From contig CALIUJ010000109.1 in NCBI GenBank assembly GCA_938048785.1, forward strand, positions 1-42,106: a stretch of DNA of 42,106 bases, read 5' to 3'. The notes under the pieces were generated by a model. That model was given only the letters and a program-made list of their open reading frames with translations, was not told the origin of the DNA and ran no database searches. How positions within the stretch are numbered: position 1 is the stretch's first letter; every line of letters begins with the position of its first letter. This DNA is from an uncultured Archaeoglobaceae archaeon (lineage in GTDB: Archaea > Halobacteriota > Archaeoglobi > Archaeoglobales > Archaeoglobaceae). This document shows positions 28,577-37,843 of the stretch, piece by piece. Position numbers and translations under genes: made by a program.

Positions 28577-29290
28577 ATGGAACAAAGGTTAACTCTGAAA
28601 CGTAGCATCCCCACCGGGATCGCCCTTCTCGACAAAAGGCTTGACGGCGGTCTACCTGCGGGAAGTTTCGTTTGTCTTTACGCGGACCCAATTGCTATGC
28701 CTGAAGCCTTCCTTTATCAGTTTGCAAACGCTGGAAAAAGCTTCTACATAACTACAAATCGTCCTGCGAAATACATTGCCCGGGACATGGAGATGTTGCG
28801 ATTCAATCCAAAAAGCATCGTTTTTGTCGACGTTTTTACTCAATACTACCTCAACGAATACGGACAGTTCGTTATCGAGGACAGATACAGAGACAAGGAG
28901 ATCTTCGACTTTCTCGCGGACAGATTTGCTGAGCTCAACGGACAAGTTGGTGAATTCGTGATAGTCGTTGACAGCCTTTCCTTCTTCTTAAACCTGAACG
29001 TCGAATGGGGATTGAAGGAATGGCTCATGAACCGCTTGTATTCGATCGCGAGGGAGAAGGGGAATATCGCTTATGTTTACCTGGTGAAAAACATTCATCC
29101 GATGAGCGTGGTAACTCGAGTTCTCGACCTTTCCGATGTCGTGATCAACGTAGAAGCGGAGAGAGTTGGAGAAAGGATAGTGACAAAATTCGCACTTCCG
29201 AAGATAAGGGGCAAAAAGCCAATACCTGAGTTCTTCAGATTTGTCGTCGACGAAGGTGTCCAAATAGACACCTCGAGGGACATCGCTTAG
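28577..29290 (+). CDS. KaiC/RecA-superfamily-like protein with a degenerate Walker A (probable pseudo-ATPase)
   Basis: 'IPTGIALLDKRLDGGLPAGSFVCLYADPIAMPE' aligns to the KaiC-like 'G...LD..LGGG.P.GS..LI.G.PGTGKT' region, but GxxxxGK[ST] is absent. A Walker-B-like 'FVIVVDSLS' is retained. Confidence 0.55.
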   Translation: MEQRLTLKRSIPTGIALLDKRLDGGLPAGSFVCLYADPIAMPEAFLYQFANAGKSFYITTNRPAKYIARDMEMLRFNPKSIVFVDVFTQYYLNEYGQFVIEDRYRDKEIFDFLADRFAELNGQVGEFVIVVDSLSFFLNLNVEWGLKEWLMNRLYSIAREKGNIAYVYLVKNIHPMSVVTRVLDLSDVVINVEAERVGERIVTKFALPKIRGKKPIPEFFRFVVDEGVQIDTSRDIA

Positions 29291-30033
29291 CATTCGCACC
29301 TAAAATCGTAGCTTATCACGCCATTCCTGAGTATTCCGATTTTTTCGATCTCCACTTCAACAACGTCTCCCGCTTTCAAAGCTCCAATTCCCGCTGGAGT
29401 TCCGGTTGCGATAACGTCAAATGCTTCGAGGGTCATTATCGAGGAAACGAACTCTATTAGCGTTGGGACGTCGAAGATCATGTTCGAAGTGCTCGACTTC
29501 TGTTTGACGATTCCGTTGACCCTTGTCTCTATTCTTAGCTTCGAAGCATCTTCGAGCTCCGCGATGAAGGGACCTATTGGAGCAAAGGTGTCGAAGCTCT
29601 TTGCTCTTGTCCACTGAACGTCTTTTGCTTGCAAGTCCCTTGCGGTGACATCGTTGAAGCAAGTGTAGCCAAGGATGAACTCCTGGGCTCTCTCCTTTGA
29701 AACGTTTTTGCACCTCTTTTTTATCACAACCGCGAGTTCTCCTTCGTAGTCAACTCTCTTGCTCTGTCTGGGTAAGATTATGGGGTCATCGCTTCCAATA
29801 ACTGCGCTTGGCGGTTTAAGAAAGATTATTGGCTCTTCGGGAAGGGGCAAGTGTAGCTCGTTCGCGTGATCCATGTAGTTAAGCCCAACCGCAATTATCT
29901 TCCCCGGTGTAACGGGTGGCAAGAACTTCACGGAGCTCAATGGAAATTCTAAGGAATCGAAGATCAGAATACCTTTTGAGATCTCGAATCTTCCTTCGTA
30001 GATCTTACCGTTTGCAACGAATCTGCCGATCAT
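29287..30033 (-). CDS. Fumarylacetoacetate hydrolase (FAH) family protein
   Basis: 'KIIAVGLNYMDHA', 'VDYEGELAVVI', 'FDTFAPIGP' and 'TGTPAGIG' are FAHD/HpcE-like motifs. Confidence 0.9.
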   Translation of the reverse strand: MIGRFVANGKIYEGRFEISKGILIFDSLEFPLSSVKFLPPVTPGKIIAVGLNYMDHANELHLPLPEEPIIFLKPPSAVIGSDDPIILPRQSKRVDYEGELAVVIKKRCKNVSKERAQEFILGYTCFNDVTARDLQAKDVQWTRAKSFDTFAPIGPFIAELEDASKLRIETRVNGIVKQKSSTSNMIFDVPTLIEFVSSIMTLEAFDVIATGTPAGIGALKAGDVVEVEIEKIGILRNGVISYDFRCEC

Positions 30034-30563
30034 TTTAACGCCTCGATTTCTTTTTTGAAGAAATCTACTTGTTCCTTGTTTATGTCTGCAAAAATCACCT
30101 TTTTCAGCTTGGTCCCAAGTTCTATGTGCTTCTTTAACTCTTCAACCATGATCTTCGCAACCAAATCCTTTGGCAAACCACCAACCCCAGTTCCGAGGGC
30201 TGGAAAGGCGATGCTTTCGATTCCGAGCTCTTCAGCTTTTTTAAGCGCCGCAATCATCGCTTTTCTAACTTTTTCTTCATCCGTCTTAAAATCGAGCTCC
30301 ATCGTTGGTGCGTGGATCACGAACTTCGCCTTTAACTTTCCCGCGGAAGTTACGATTGCTTCTCCGATTTTTATCGGACCTTTTTTCACCGCCTCCTTCT
30401 CTATTTCTTCCCCACCTGCCCTCTTTATCGCTCCCGCAACCCCACCGCCCATGTAGAGATGCGTGTTCGCAGCGTTAACGATCGCATCAACCTCGAGCTT
30501 TGTGATATCTCCATGCAAAGCTTCGATCTGAACACCGTGGAACATGAAAAAAGTGATTTCCAA
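30030..30563 (-). CDS. Macro domain protein (MacroD-type ADP-ribose/O-acetyl-ADP-ribose hydrolase)
   Basis: 'GDITKLEVDAIVNAAN', 'GGGVAGAI' and 'SIAFPALGTGVGGLP'. An alternative start is ATG 30545. A 4-nt overlap links it to the FAH gene. Confidence 0.9.
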   Translation of the reverse strand: MEITFFMFHGVQIEALHGDITKLEVDAIVNAANTHLYMGGGVAGAIKRAGGEEIEKEAVKKGPIKIGEAIVTSAGKLKAKFVIHAPTMELDFKTDEEKVRKAMIAALKKAEELGIESIAFPALGTGVGGLPKDLVAKIMVEELKKHIELGTKLKKVIFADINKEQVDFFKKEIEALK

Positions 30564-30617
30564 ACTAAAAAAGCTTTTCAGTCGAAAAATACAAGTGTTG
30601 TATCGGGAATATTATAC

Positions 30618-31175
30618 GTGAAGCTTTGGCTCTTTGCACTCGTTGGTGTAGCCATCGGATTTTTTACTGCGAGCGTCGCGATAAACGTTGCTCCAGATCT
30701 CCTATGGGTTCAAAACGATGTCTGGATGACTTCTCTTGTAGCGGGTTCAGAACAAGCGGATCCCTATACGAGGGCGATCGTTGCAAAGAATTACCTCTAC
30801 ATTCTCAACAGAAGTGAGGCGGTTTACTTCATAGCTAAGAGCGATGGTGAGAAAGAGCTCGATAGAAACTGCGACTACAAGTTGGTTGGCAGAGATCTGC
30901 CAGCGAGATGGTGGAGCATCACGGCTTACGGGGAAGACAACTTTCTGATACCAAACGAGCACAACGTCTATTCAATAACGTCTGCAAACGTTGTAAAAAA
31001 CGGTGATTCGTGGGAAATACACGTCTCGAAGGAGCAGAAGGGGAAAAACTGGATTCCGCTAAGAGGGGAGGGGAAATTCTACTTAACTCTTAGGCTTTAC
31101 AACCCACACAGCGTAGTTTATGATAAGATAACCGAGATCGAGCTTCCGAAAATAATAAGGGAGGGATGCAGATGA
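30618..31175 (+). CDS. DUF1214-domain protein with an N-terminal membrane anchor
   Basis: 'RWWSITAYGEDNFLIPN..NVYSITS' and 'NWIPL..GKFYLTLRLYNP' match DUF1214 hallmark motifs. I call the start at in-frame GTG 30618, because ORF-track ATG 30459 overlaps the macro gene. Confidence 0.6.
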   Translation: MKLWLFALVGVAIGFFTASVAINVAPDLLWVQNDVWMTSLVAGSEQADPYTRAIVAKNYLYILNRSEAVYFIAKSDGEKELDRNCDYKLVGRDLPARWWSITAYGEDNFLIPNEHNVYSITSANVVKNGDSWEIHVSKEQKGKNWIPLRGEGKFYLTLRLYNPHSVVYDKITEIELPKIIREGCR

Positions 31176-31690
31176 GAGCAAAGGGATTTGTGGTTTTGAT
31201 AACCTTCGCAGTATTGAGCCATTTCGCATTCGTTTACGCTTACCCTTACATCGTCGTGACCTCAAGTTACTTCGCCACAAAAAATGAAGTGAAGGTCAAC
31301 GAAGCTTACCATCAGAAGCCAATCGATGCGAGTTTCAAGAAAGTCGTGATGCCAAGCCCAGACATTCTTTACTCCGCTTGTGTTTACGACATAAGCAAAT
31401 CGGATTTGTTGATCAAAGCAAGGGTTCCGAAGTTCACGTATTGGTCCGCATCTTTCTACTCCATCAGCACGGACAACTTCTTCACGATCAACGATAGAAT
31501 GGTGAAGGGAGAAGACATTACACTGATATTGACAACCGATAAAAGTTGTAAGAACGAGAGCTGTGTGATCTCGCCAAGCGATAGGGGAATCGTCATCTTC
31601 CGCATCTTTATTCCAGATCAATCGATGCTCCCCAGTTTAATCGAGTTTCAAAAGTCTATAGAGTGCAAGGAAATTTCGAGGAGTCGTTGA
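31166..31690 (+). CDS. DUF1254-domain protein with an N-terminal signal/anchor
   Basis: 'VMPSPDILYSACVYDISKSDLLIKARVP..YWSASFYS' resembles the DUF1254 core 'PN.DTLYS...LDL...PL.L.VP'. It overlaps the upstream gene by 10 nt. Confidence 0.6.
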   Translation: MQMRAKGFVVLITFAVLSHFAFVYAYPYIVVTSSYFATKNEVKVNEAYHQKPIDASFKKVVMPSPDILYSACVYDISKSDLLIKARVPKFTYWSASFYSISTDNFFTINDRMVKGEDITLILTTDKSCKNESCVISPSDRGIVIFRIFIPDQSMLPSLIEFQKSIECKEISRSR

Positions 31691-31692
31691 AA

Positions 31693-32499
31693 CTAAGCTT
31701 CAGCTTTTCTCAAGCTGATCGCAGTTGCACTTAGAATTAGAAATGCACCAACCATTTGCTTTAAGCTTAGGACTTCTCCGAAGTAAAGGTAACCAATGAC
31801 AACTGCGAACATAGGTTCAATGAGTGCGATCAGCGGAGCCTTCTGCAACTTCACCAGTTTCATCCCGTATGCGAAGAGCATGAAGGGAATTGCGGTTGGA
31901 ATTAGCCCAAGTCCCAAAGCCCATGGAATCGAGAAGGGCTCGTTTTGGATGAGAAACCAAGGGAATAGGATTATAGAGCCAAAGAAAACGTTGAAAAAGG
32001 CGATTTGAAAAGCGCTGTGAAATTCTCTTGCTTTCTTCGAAAACTTGAAAACGAAAGCATACGTAATTCCCGAAAAGATGCCAAAGACTATTCCGAGGTT
32101 TAAATCTACGTATGCGGAGAGCATTAAGTAAAGTCCAACCAAACCTATGGGCAGTGCTAAGATCGTAGATCTCTCGATTCTTTCTCCACTAAGGTAAGCG
32201 AGTAGCGTTACGTAAATCGGAGCCATGTAAAGAAGAAGTGCTGAAACTCCTGCTTCAATGTTCTGAATCGCAGAAATGTAGGAAAATATCGTCGCGAGGT
32301 TTAGAAAGGCTAAGAGCAGAAGCGTTTTACTGAAGGCAAACTTCTCCCTCGTCACCAAACCAAAAATCGAAAGAAATAAAGTTGCAAAGAAAAGGCGAAG
32401 AAATGTAACGATTAAAGCATCGCTTGCAGTGTTTCTCACGAAGATCGATACCGTGCTCATCAGGATTGCGGAGCATAGGATCGCGAGTTCGCCACGCAT
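31693..32499 (-). CDS. EamA/DMT-superfamily transporter
   Basis: About 10 predicted TM helices in two repeats of similar length and hydrophobicity pattern. It shares 1 nt with the trpB2 stop (TAATG). Confidence 0.8.
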   Translation of the reverse strand: MRGELAILCSAILMSTVSIFVRNTASDALIVTFLRLFFATLFLSIFGLVTREKFAFSKTLLLLAFLNLATIFSYISAIQNIEAGVSALLLYMAPIYVTLLAYLSGERIERSTILALPIGLVGLYLMLSAYVDLNLGIVFGIFSGITYAFVFKFSKKAREFHSAFQIAFFNVFFGSIILFPWFLIQNEPFSIPWALGLGLIPTAIPFMLFAYGMKLVKLQKAPLIALIEPMFAVVIGYLYFGEVLSLKQMVGAFLILSATAISLRKAEA

Positions 32500-33791
32500 T
32501 ACGTGTCTGGTAACTTTCCGCTTAAAAACTCTTCGTAGGCTTTCAGATCGAAGTATCCATGTCCGCTCAGGTTGAAAACTATTACACGCTCCTCGTTCCT
32601 ATTCTTAGCTTCAAGTGCTTTGTCTATCACAACCTTTATCGCATGTGCACTTTCTGGCGCTGGAAGAATCCCCTCGGTCCTTGCGAATAGAACTCCCGCT
32701 TCGAAGACTTCGCGCTGAGAAACTGCAATTGGTTTTATTACTCCATGCTTTACGAGCAGGCAAAGCGAAGGCGCGTCGCCATGGTAACGAAGACCACCTG
32801 CGTGGATTGGCGGAGGAATGAAATCATGACCAAGTGTGTACATGAGCAATAAAGGCGTAAGCCCCGCGGTGTCGCCGTAGTCGTATCGGTATTCTCCAGC
32901 GGTGAGCGTTGGACAAGCCTTTGGTTCTACTGCGATTAATTCGACTTCTCCTTTCATCGCATCCTTTACGAATGGGTAACAAAAGCCTGCGAAGTTGCTC
33001 CCACCACCAACGCACCCTATCATCATGTCTGGTTTCTCGTCCAAAAGTGTCAACTGCTTCTTAACCTCAAGACCTATGATCGTTTGATGTAAGAGCACGT
33101 GGTTCAAGACACTTCCAAGGCTATACTTCGCGTTCTCGCTTTTGACAGCGGTCTCAACAGCTTCGCTTATTGCTATTCCAAGACTTCCTGGGCAATTTGG
33201 ATCATCCTCAAGAATTCTTCGTCCACTTTCAGTCAGATTGCTCGGCGACGGAATCACTTCAGCGTTCCAGGTCTCCATTAGAATCCTTCGGTAAGGCTTT
33301 TGCTCGTAGCTCGATCTTACCATGAAAATCCTGCAACTCAATCCGAAGAGGTTCGTGGCAAAAGCAAGCGCAGATCCCCATTGTCCTGCGCCAGTCTCAG
33401 TTGTGAGCATTTCAACACCTTCCTTCATGTTGAAGTAAGCCTGCGCTATTGCGGTGTTGGGCTTGTGGCTTCCCGGTGGACTTACACCTTCGTATTTGTA
33501 GAAGATCTTTGCAGGCGTTTTCAGAGCTTTTTCAAGTCTCGTAGCCCTGATAAAAGGTGTTGGACGGTAGATGCGATAGATTTCAAGGACCTCTTCAGGA
33601 ATTCTTATCCACCTATCCTCGCTCATTTCTTGCGCAATCAAAGCCTTTGGAAACACAGCTCTTAGATCTTCTGGCTTTATTGGCTCCATGGTTCTTGGAT
33701 TAAGCGGTGGAGCGAGCTTCTCTGGCAAATCGGGAACGATGTTGTACCATCTCTTTGGCAAATACTCCGCATCGAGAACGAACTTGTTCAT
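32499..33791 (-). CDS. trpB: TrpB2-type tryptophan synthase beta-like PLP enzyme (stand-alone, no trpA nearby)
   Basis: 430-aa long form with an N-terminal extension. It has the PLP-Lys motif '[10 protein letters not shown]', plus '[11 protein letters not shown]' and 'SGHG'. Confidence 0.88.
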   Translation of the reverse strand: MNKFVLDAEYLPKRWYNIVPDLPEKLAPPLNPRTMEPIKPEDLRAVFPKALIAQEMSEDRWIRIPEEVLEIYRIYRPTPFIRATRLEKALKTPAKIFYKYEGVSPPGSHKPNTAIAQAYFNMKEGVEMLTTETGAGQWGSALAFATNLFGLSCRIFMVRSSYEQKPYRRILMETWNAEVIPSPSNLTESGRRILEDDPNCPGSLGIAISEAVETAVKSENAKYSLGSVLNHVLLHQTIIGLEVKKQLTLLDEKPDMMIGCVGGGSNFAGFCYPFVKDAMKGEVELIAVEPKACPTLTAGEYRYDYGDTAGLTPLLLMYTLGHDFIPPPIHAGGLRYHGDAPSLCLLVKHGVIKPIAVSQREVFEAGVLFARTEGILPAPESAHAIKVVIDKALEAKNRNEERVIVFNLSGHGYFDLKAYEEFLSGKLPDT

Positions 33792-33899
33792 GCTTTATAG
33801 GAATTTTCCTATTATATAAGCTTTTTCTTTTTTAAAACGCTCAGGTTTCTGAGATAAAAACCGCGCAAATTTTTTATTTCATCAAAGATAATTCGTTTC

Positions 33900-34403
33900 A
33901 TGAGGGCGATGAGTAGACAATTTCTAGAAAACGCATTCGCTGGTGAGAGCCAAGCGCACATGAGGTATTTGATCTTTGCAGAAATTGCAGAAAAAGAAGG
34001 GAAGCCAAAGATTGCAAAGCTTTTCAGAGCAATTGCCTTTGCTGAGTTCGTTCATGCAAAAAACCACTACGGGGCACTTGGAGGGATTGGGAACACTGTG
34101 GAGAACTTACAGAAGGCGATCGATGGAGAGAAATACGAAGTCGAGGAAATGTATCCAGTTTACAATGCGACCGCAAAGATGCAAAACGAAAGAGAAGCAG
34201 AGAAAACAACTTACTATGCTCTATCTGCAGAGAAGATTCACGCAGAGCTTTACAGCGAAGCGAAAAAACTCGCAGAAATTGGAAAGGATTTGGATATAGA
34301 AAGTATCTACATCTGTCCAGTTTGCGGTCATACCGCGTTAAACGAAGCACCCGATTATTGCCCAGTTTGCGGGACGAAGAAGGAGTCGTATGTGAAGTTT
34401 TAG
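33900..34403 (+). CDS. rbr: Rubrerythrin
   Basis: Di-iron four-helix ExxH motifs ('GESQAHMRY', 'AEFVHAKNH', 'YEVEEMY' and 'SAEKIHAELY') and a C-terminal rubredoxin-like 'CPVCGH...CPVCG'. Confidence 0.9.
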   Translation: MRAMSRQFLENAFAGESQAHMRYLIFAEIAEKEGKPKIAKLFRAIAFAEFVHAKNHYGALGGIGNTVENLQKAIDGEKYEVEEMYPVYNATAKMQNEREAEKTTYYALSAEKIHAELYSEAKKLAEIGKDLDIESIYICPVCGHTALNEAPDYCPVCGTKKESYVKF

Positions 34404-34413
34404 GGGGGATGGT

Positions 34414-34788
34414 ATGAAGAAGTTTTCCGAGTTGTTGTATAGCTACGAGGTCGAGGACAAGCTTGCGATCTCAAAGCGAGAGACCCATACGCCGAAGATC
34501 GAAGCACCTAAGGAGGTAAAGGCAGGGGAAGTTTTTCCGGTTCGCATATACATCGAAGGGCATCCAAACACGGTTCAACATTCTTTCAGATGGATCGAGC
34601 TTTACTTCTACGAAGAGGGAAGGGATTTTAATCCGATCTTCGTTGCAAGGGCTGAGCTAACCCCAGAGATCTCGGAACAAGAGGCGACCTTCAAAGTGAA
34701 GTTGAACAAAAGTGGCGTTATCTACGCAGTCGCTTATTGTAACCTTCACGGCGTCTGGGAAAATAGGCAAGAGATCAAAGTGGGCTAA
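34414..34788 (+). CDS. sor: Superoxide reductase (1Fe-SOR / neelaredoxin type)
   Basis: 'ETHTPKIE', 'HPNTVQHSFRWIELY' and 'CNLHGVW' match the SOR His4-Cys iron-site motifs. It lies 10 nt downstream of rbr. Confidence 0.85.
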   Translation: MKKFSELLYSYEVEDKLAISKRETHTPKIEAPKEVKAGEVFPVRIYIEGHPNTVQHSFRWIELYFYEEGRDFNPIFVARAELTPEISEQEATFKVKLNKSGVIYAVAYCNLHGVWENRQEIKVG

Positions 34789-34836
34789 TCTTTAACAGCA
34801 TTCGCAAAAATTAAATTTGCACATCACACTTTTTTT

Positions 34837-36405
34837 GTGGAAAAACTAACTCAGCTCGTTGAAAAAGGCGAAGGAGAAAACGTTGAGTTTAAGGAGTTTC
34901 TTAACTCATACCATCTTAGGGGGGATAGATTTAGACAATTGGCTTGTCAGATGAACCATCGCATCATAATGGGTAAGGGGAAGGCTTACTACGTGATTGG
35001 AGTCTCAGATTCTGGAGCTGTCAAGGGATTGGATGAGAAAGCGTTTAAAGAGACCGTAGAAATCCTGTCTAAAATCGCCAAGGAGATCGAAGCCGAGATC
35101 GTGAATGTTGAAAAATACAAGGTGAACGGTGGATACGTTGGAATCGTCGAGATATCGAAGGCAAACGCGAAGGAGCACATCTTAATTGGCACCGCTGGAC
35201 ACGTAGATCATGGGAAGTCTACGCTCGTGGGGTGTCTAATTACTGGAATGCCCGACGATGGAGACGGGGCGACGAGGATCTTCTTGGATGTTTTGAAGCA
35301 CGAGATCGAACGTGGATTGAGTGCTGAGCTCAGCTTCGCAGTTCTTGGGTTTAGGGAGGGCAAGATTCTGCGTTTGAAGAATCCGATGAGCAAAGAAGAG
35401 AAGGCGAGGATCGTGGAGAATTCTGAAAAGCTCGTGAGTTTCGTTGACACAGTGGGACACGAACCTTGGCTTAGAACTACGATACGCGGTTTACTTGGGC
35501 AAAAAATAGACTACGGGCTTCTCGTTGTTGCATCGAACGATGGAGTGATGAGAACTACGAAAGAACATCTGGGAATTCTGCTTGCAATGGAGCTCCCAGT
35601 GATAGTTGCAATAACGAAGATAGACATGGTAAACGAGGAAAGAGTCCAAGAAGTGATTCAACAAGTTTCGAATCTGCTTAGAACAGTGGGAAGAATACCG
35701 ATTCTCGTGAGAGATACGTCGGAGGTAACAAAGGTGACAAAACTCCTTACGGAGAACAGATTTGTCGTTCCGATTGTTAAAACTTCAGCTCTAACGCTTG
35801 AGGGCTACGAAATTCTTGAGGAACTCTTCTACAGATTGCCGAAGAGATACAGCGGTGAGAAAGAGTTTTTGATGTATATCGACAAGGTCTACAAGGTCAC
35901 GGGAGTTGGAGTTGTGGTCAGCGGAAGCGTAAAATCTGGGGAGCTTCGTGAAGGAGAAGATGTTTACGTGGGTCCTTTTAACGATGGATCCTTCAAGGTT
36001 GCGAAGGTTATGAGCATCGAGATGCATCACTACAGGATAAGCAAAACGAAGTGTGGCGACATCGTTGGCATAGCTTTGAAAGGTGTTAGGTTTGAAGATC
36101 TCAGAAGGGGAATGGTTCTGAGCAAAACTCTGCCCAAAGCTGTTCGAGAATTCGAAGCGGAGATATTCGTTTTTACACATCCAACAATGATAAAACCTGG
36201 CTACGAACCAGTTCTGCACGTAGAAACAATAGCCGAGACCGTGACGTTTAAGGAAATCAGAAAAGGTTATCTGAAAGCTGGAGATCGTGATAGGGTTAGG
36301 ATAAGGTTCAAGTATCATCCCCAGTGCATTTTTGAGGGACAGAAGTTCATTTTCCGTGAGAGTAGGAGCAAGGGCATGGGAGAGGTTATGCGGATAAGTG
36401 AATAG
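34837..36405 (+). CDS. GTPBP1-family translational-type GTPase with an N-terminal extension
   Basis: G1 'GHVDHGKST', G3 'DTVGHE' and G4 'TKID', followed by EF-Tu domain II/III-like beta barrels. It has a GTG start and an N-terminal domain of about 110 aa. Confidence 0.85.
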   Translation: MEKLTQLVEKGEGENVEFKEFLNSYHLRGDRFRQLACQMNHRIIMGKGKAYYVIGVSDSGAVKGLDEKAFKETVEILSKIAKEIEAEIVNVEKYKVNGGYVGIVEISKANAKEHILIGTAGHVDHGKSTLVGCLITGMPDDGDGATRIFLDVLKHEIERGLSAELSFAVLGFREGKILRLKNPMSKEEKARIVENSEKLVSFVDTVGHEPWLRTTIRGLLGQKIDYGLLVVASNDGVMRTTKEHLGILLAMELPVIVAITKIDMVNEERVQEVIQQVSNLLRTVGRIPILVRDTSEVTKVTKLLTENRFVVPIVKTSALTLEGYEILEELFYRLPKRYSGEKEFLMYIDKVYKVTGVGVVVSGSVKSGELREGEDVYVGPFNDGSFKVAKVMSIEMHHYRISKTKCGDIVGIALKGVRFEDLRRGMVLSKTLPKAVREFEAEIFVFTHPTMIKPGYEPVLHVETIAETVTFKEIRKGYLKAGDRDRVRIRFKYHPQCIFEGQKFIFRESRSKGMGEVMRISE

Positions 36406-36440
36406 AGATATGTTTTTATAATTAAAGGCTTCCTTTCCTC

Positions 36441-36857
36441 ATGGAAGAAGGTATAACGAGGATCGGTGTTAGCTTGCCCAAGAATCTCTTGGACGAGTTC
36501 GATGCGATAATAAAAGTTCGTGGCTACTCTTCGAGGAGCGAAGCGATAAGGGATGCAATTAGAGGTTACATAGCGGAATACAAATGGCTTGAAAGCGAGA
36601 AAGGGGAAGTGGTTGGCGTATTGACAGTTCTCTACGATCACACAGTCCGTGGCGTGAGCGATGCGTTGATCTCGATCCAGCACGCGTTCTCGCACGTGAT
36701 AACTTCAGACATGCATCTGCATTTGAGCGACGAGCAGTGTCTTGAGATCATCGTTGTGAAGGGCAACATGGAAGAGATAAAGAAGTTGGTCGACAAGGTT
36801 GCGGCAATTCGCGGAGTTTTGAGCCACAAAATGATAACAGCGCAAAAGAAGGCTTAG
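36441..36857 (+). CDS. nikR: Nickel-responsive regulator NikR (ribbon-helix-helix plus ACT-like metal-binding domain)
   Basis: '[15 protein letters not shown]...[14 protein letters not shown]' RHH N-terminus, with 'VLYDH' and 'H.H' metal-site residues. Confidence 0.9.
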   Translation: MEEGITRIGVSLPKNLLDEFDAIIKVRGYSSRSEAIRDAIRGYIAEYKWLESEKGEVVGVLTVLYDHTVRGVSDALISIQHAFSHVITSDMHLHLSDEQCLEIIVVKGNMEEIKKLVDKVAAIRGVLSHKMITAQKKA

Positions 36858-37843
36858 TAAACGAGCGCATCAACTACAACGTGCGCAACTTTTGGGGCGT
36901 AATTTTTTACCCTTCTGAAGTTCAAAATCTTGCATTTTTTTCCCATTTCCCTGCACGCTTTCTCTACCCTTATCCTTGGTCGCCACAATACCTTGGTTGG
37001 AACCGCTTCGTGGTAGTGTATGATCCCAGATCTATCGAGGGCTTTTATAGCAATGGGTAGAAAATCGTTGCAAAAGATGTGACCCATCACAACGCGATCC
37101 GCAACCCCTTCGGGCGTTACGAACATCGAGTCGCCGAGTATCGGAATTAATTTCACGTTGTTCATCTTTGCGTTTTCAAGCAAGTATCGGTATGAGTCGT
37201 AGTTTATCTCAATCGAGTAAACTTTCTCAGCTCTTTTTGCAATTGGAATGGAGAAGTAACCAATACCAGCGAACATGTCGACGATTGTTTCGTCTTCACA
37301 TTCCATTGCAACTCTGTGCCTTTCGTATTGATTTCCAAGGCTGAACATAACCTTCGTGATGTCGAGCTTGAAGTAGCAACCGTTCTCAACGTGTATCGTT
37401 TCACTCCCTTTTCCCGCGAGAAGCTCGAGTTTGGGCTTTCTCATCATTCCCTCTTTCGAAATTTCCCTCCAAACAGCCCTTAGCCTTGGGTTCGATTCCA
37501 AAATTGCTTCCCCTATTTTCTCCTTGAACTCCACGATCTCTTCGCTGAGCTTTACTATTGCAAGATCGCCGATGACCTTGTAGCTTTTTGGCAAAAACTT
37601 CTGTTTATCCTTCGGAACAATTTGAGATAGTATATCCAAGAAATCCCTCCTTGGATTCAACAAGACTTCTCTTTGCTCAACTATTTCATAGCCTTTAAAG
37701 AATTCCTCGTAACCATCGAGTATTGGAATCTCAACGAATTCCCCAAAGCTTTTTATAAGCCTTCTTTTGTCCTTTGCCCCAATTTTTTCCGCAATTATTC
37801 TCAGCTCTTCAGCCCTCTCCTTCTTGACACGAACTGCCTTCAT
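36854..37843 (-). CDS. trm5: tRNA (guanine37-N1)-methyltransferase Trm5 / Taw2-like (Met-10+ family)
   Basis: '[10 protein letters not shown]' and the SAM motif '[15 protein letters not shown]'. The 'NDF'-containing 'GHIFCNDFL' aligns to the NPPY-like region. Confidence 0.85.
   Translation of the reverse strand: MKAVRVKKERAEELRIIAEKIGAKDKRRLIKSFGEFVEIPILDGYEEFFKGYEIVEQREVLLNPRRDFLDILSQIVPKDKQKFLPKSYKVIGDLAIVKLSEEIVEFKEKIGEAILESNPRLRAVWREISKEGMMRKPKLELLAGKGSETIHVENGCYFKLDITKVMFSLGNQYERHRVAMECEDETIVDMFAGIGYFSIPIAKRAEKVYSIEINYDSYRYLLENAKMNNVKLIPILGDSMFVTPEGVADRVVMGHIFCNDFLPIAIKALDRSGIIHYHEAVPTKVLWRPRIRVEKACREMGKKCKILNFRRVKNYAPKVAHVVVDALVY

Noticed and set aside
30459-30617. The ORF-track N-terminal extension of the DUF1214 gene.
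   Set aside because: It overlaps the 5' part of the macro-domain gene on the other strand and precedes the obvious TM anchor. The in-frame GTG 30618, downstream of an AT-rich box, fits better.
33840-33853. The palindrome CTCAG-GTTT-CTGAG in the trpB2/rubrerythrin divergent promoter, as a possible redox-regulator operator.
   Set aside because: It has only 5-bp arms with a 4-nt spacer, no second copy, and I recognise no consensus (for example PerR/Fur-like). The evidence is too weak to report.
36427-36433. A third partial copy (AGGCTTCC) of the pan-flanking repeat, upstream of nikR.
   Set aside because: Only 8 nt match, which is expected by chance about once in a window of this size.
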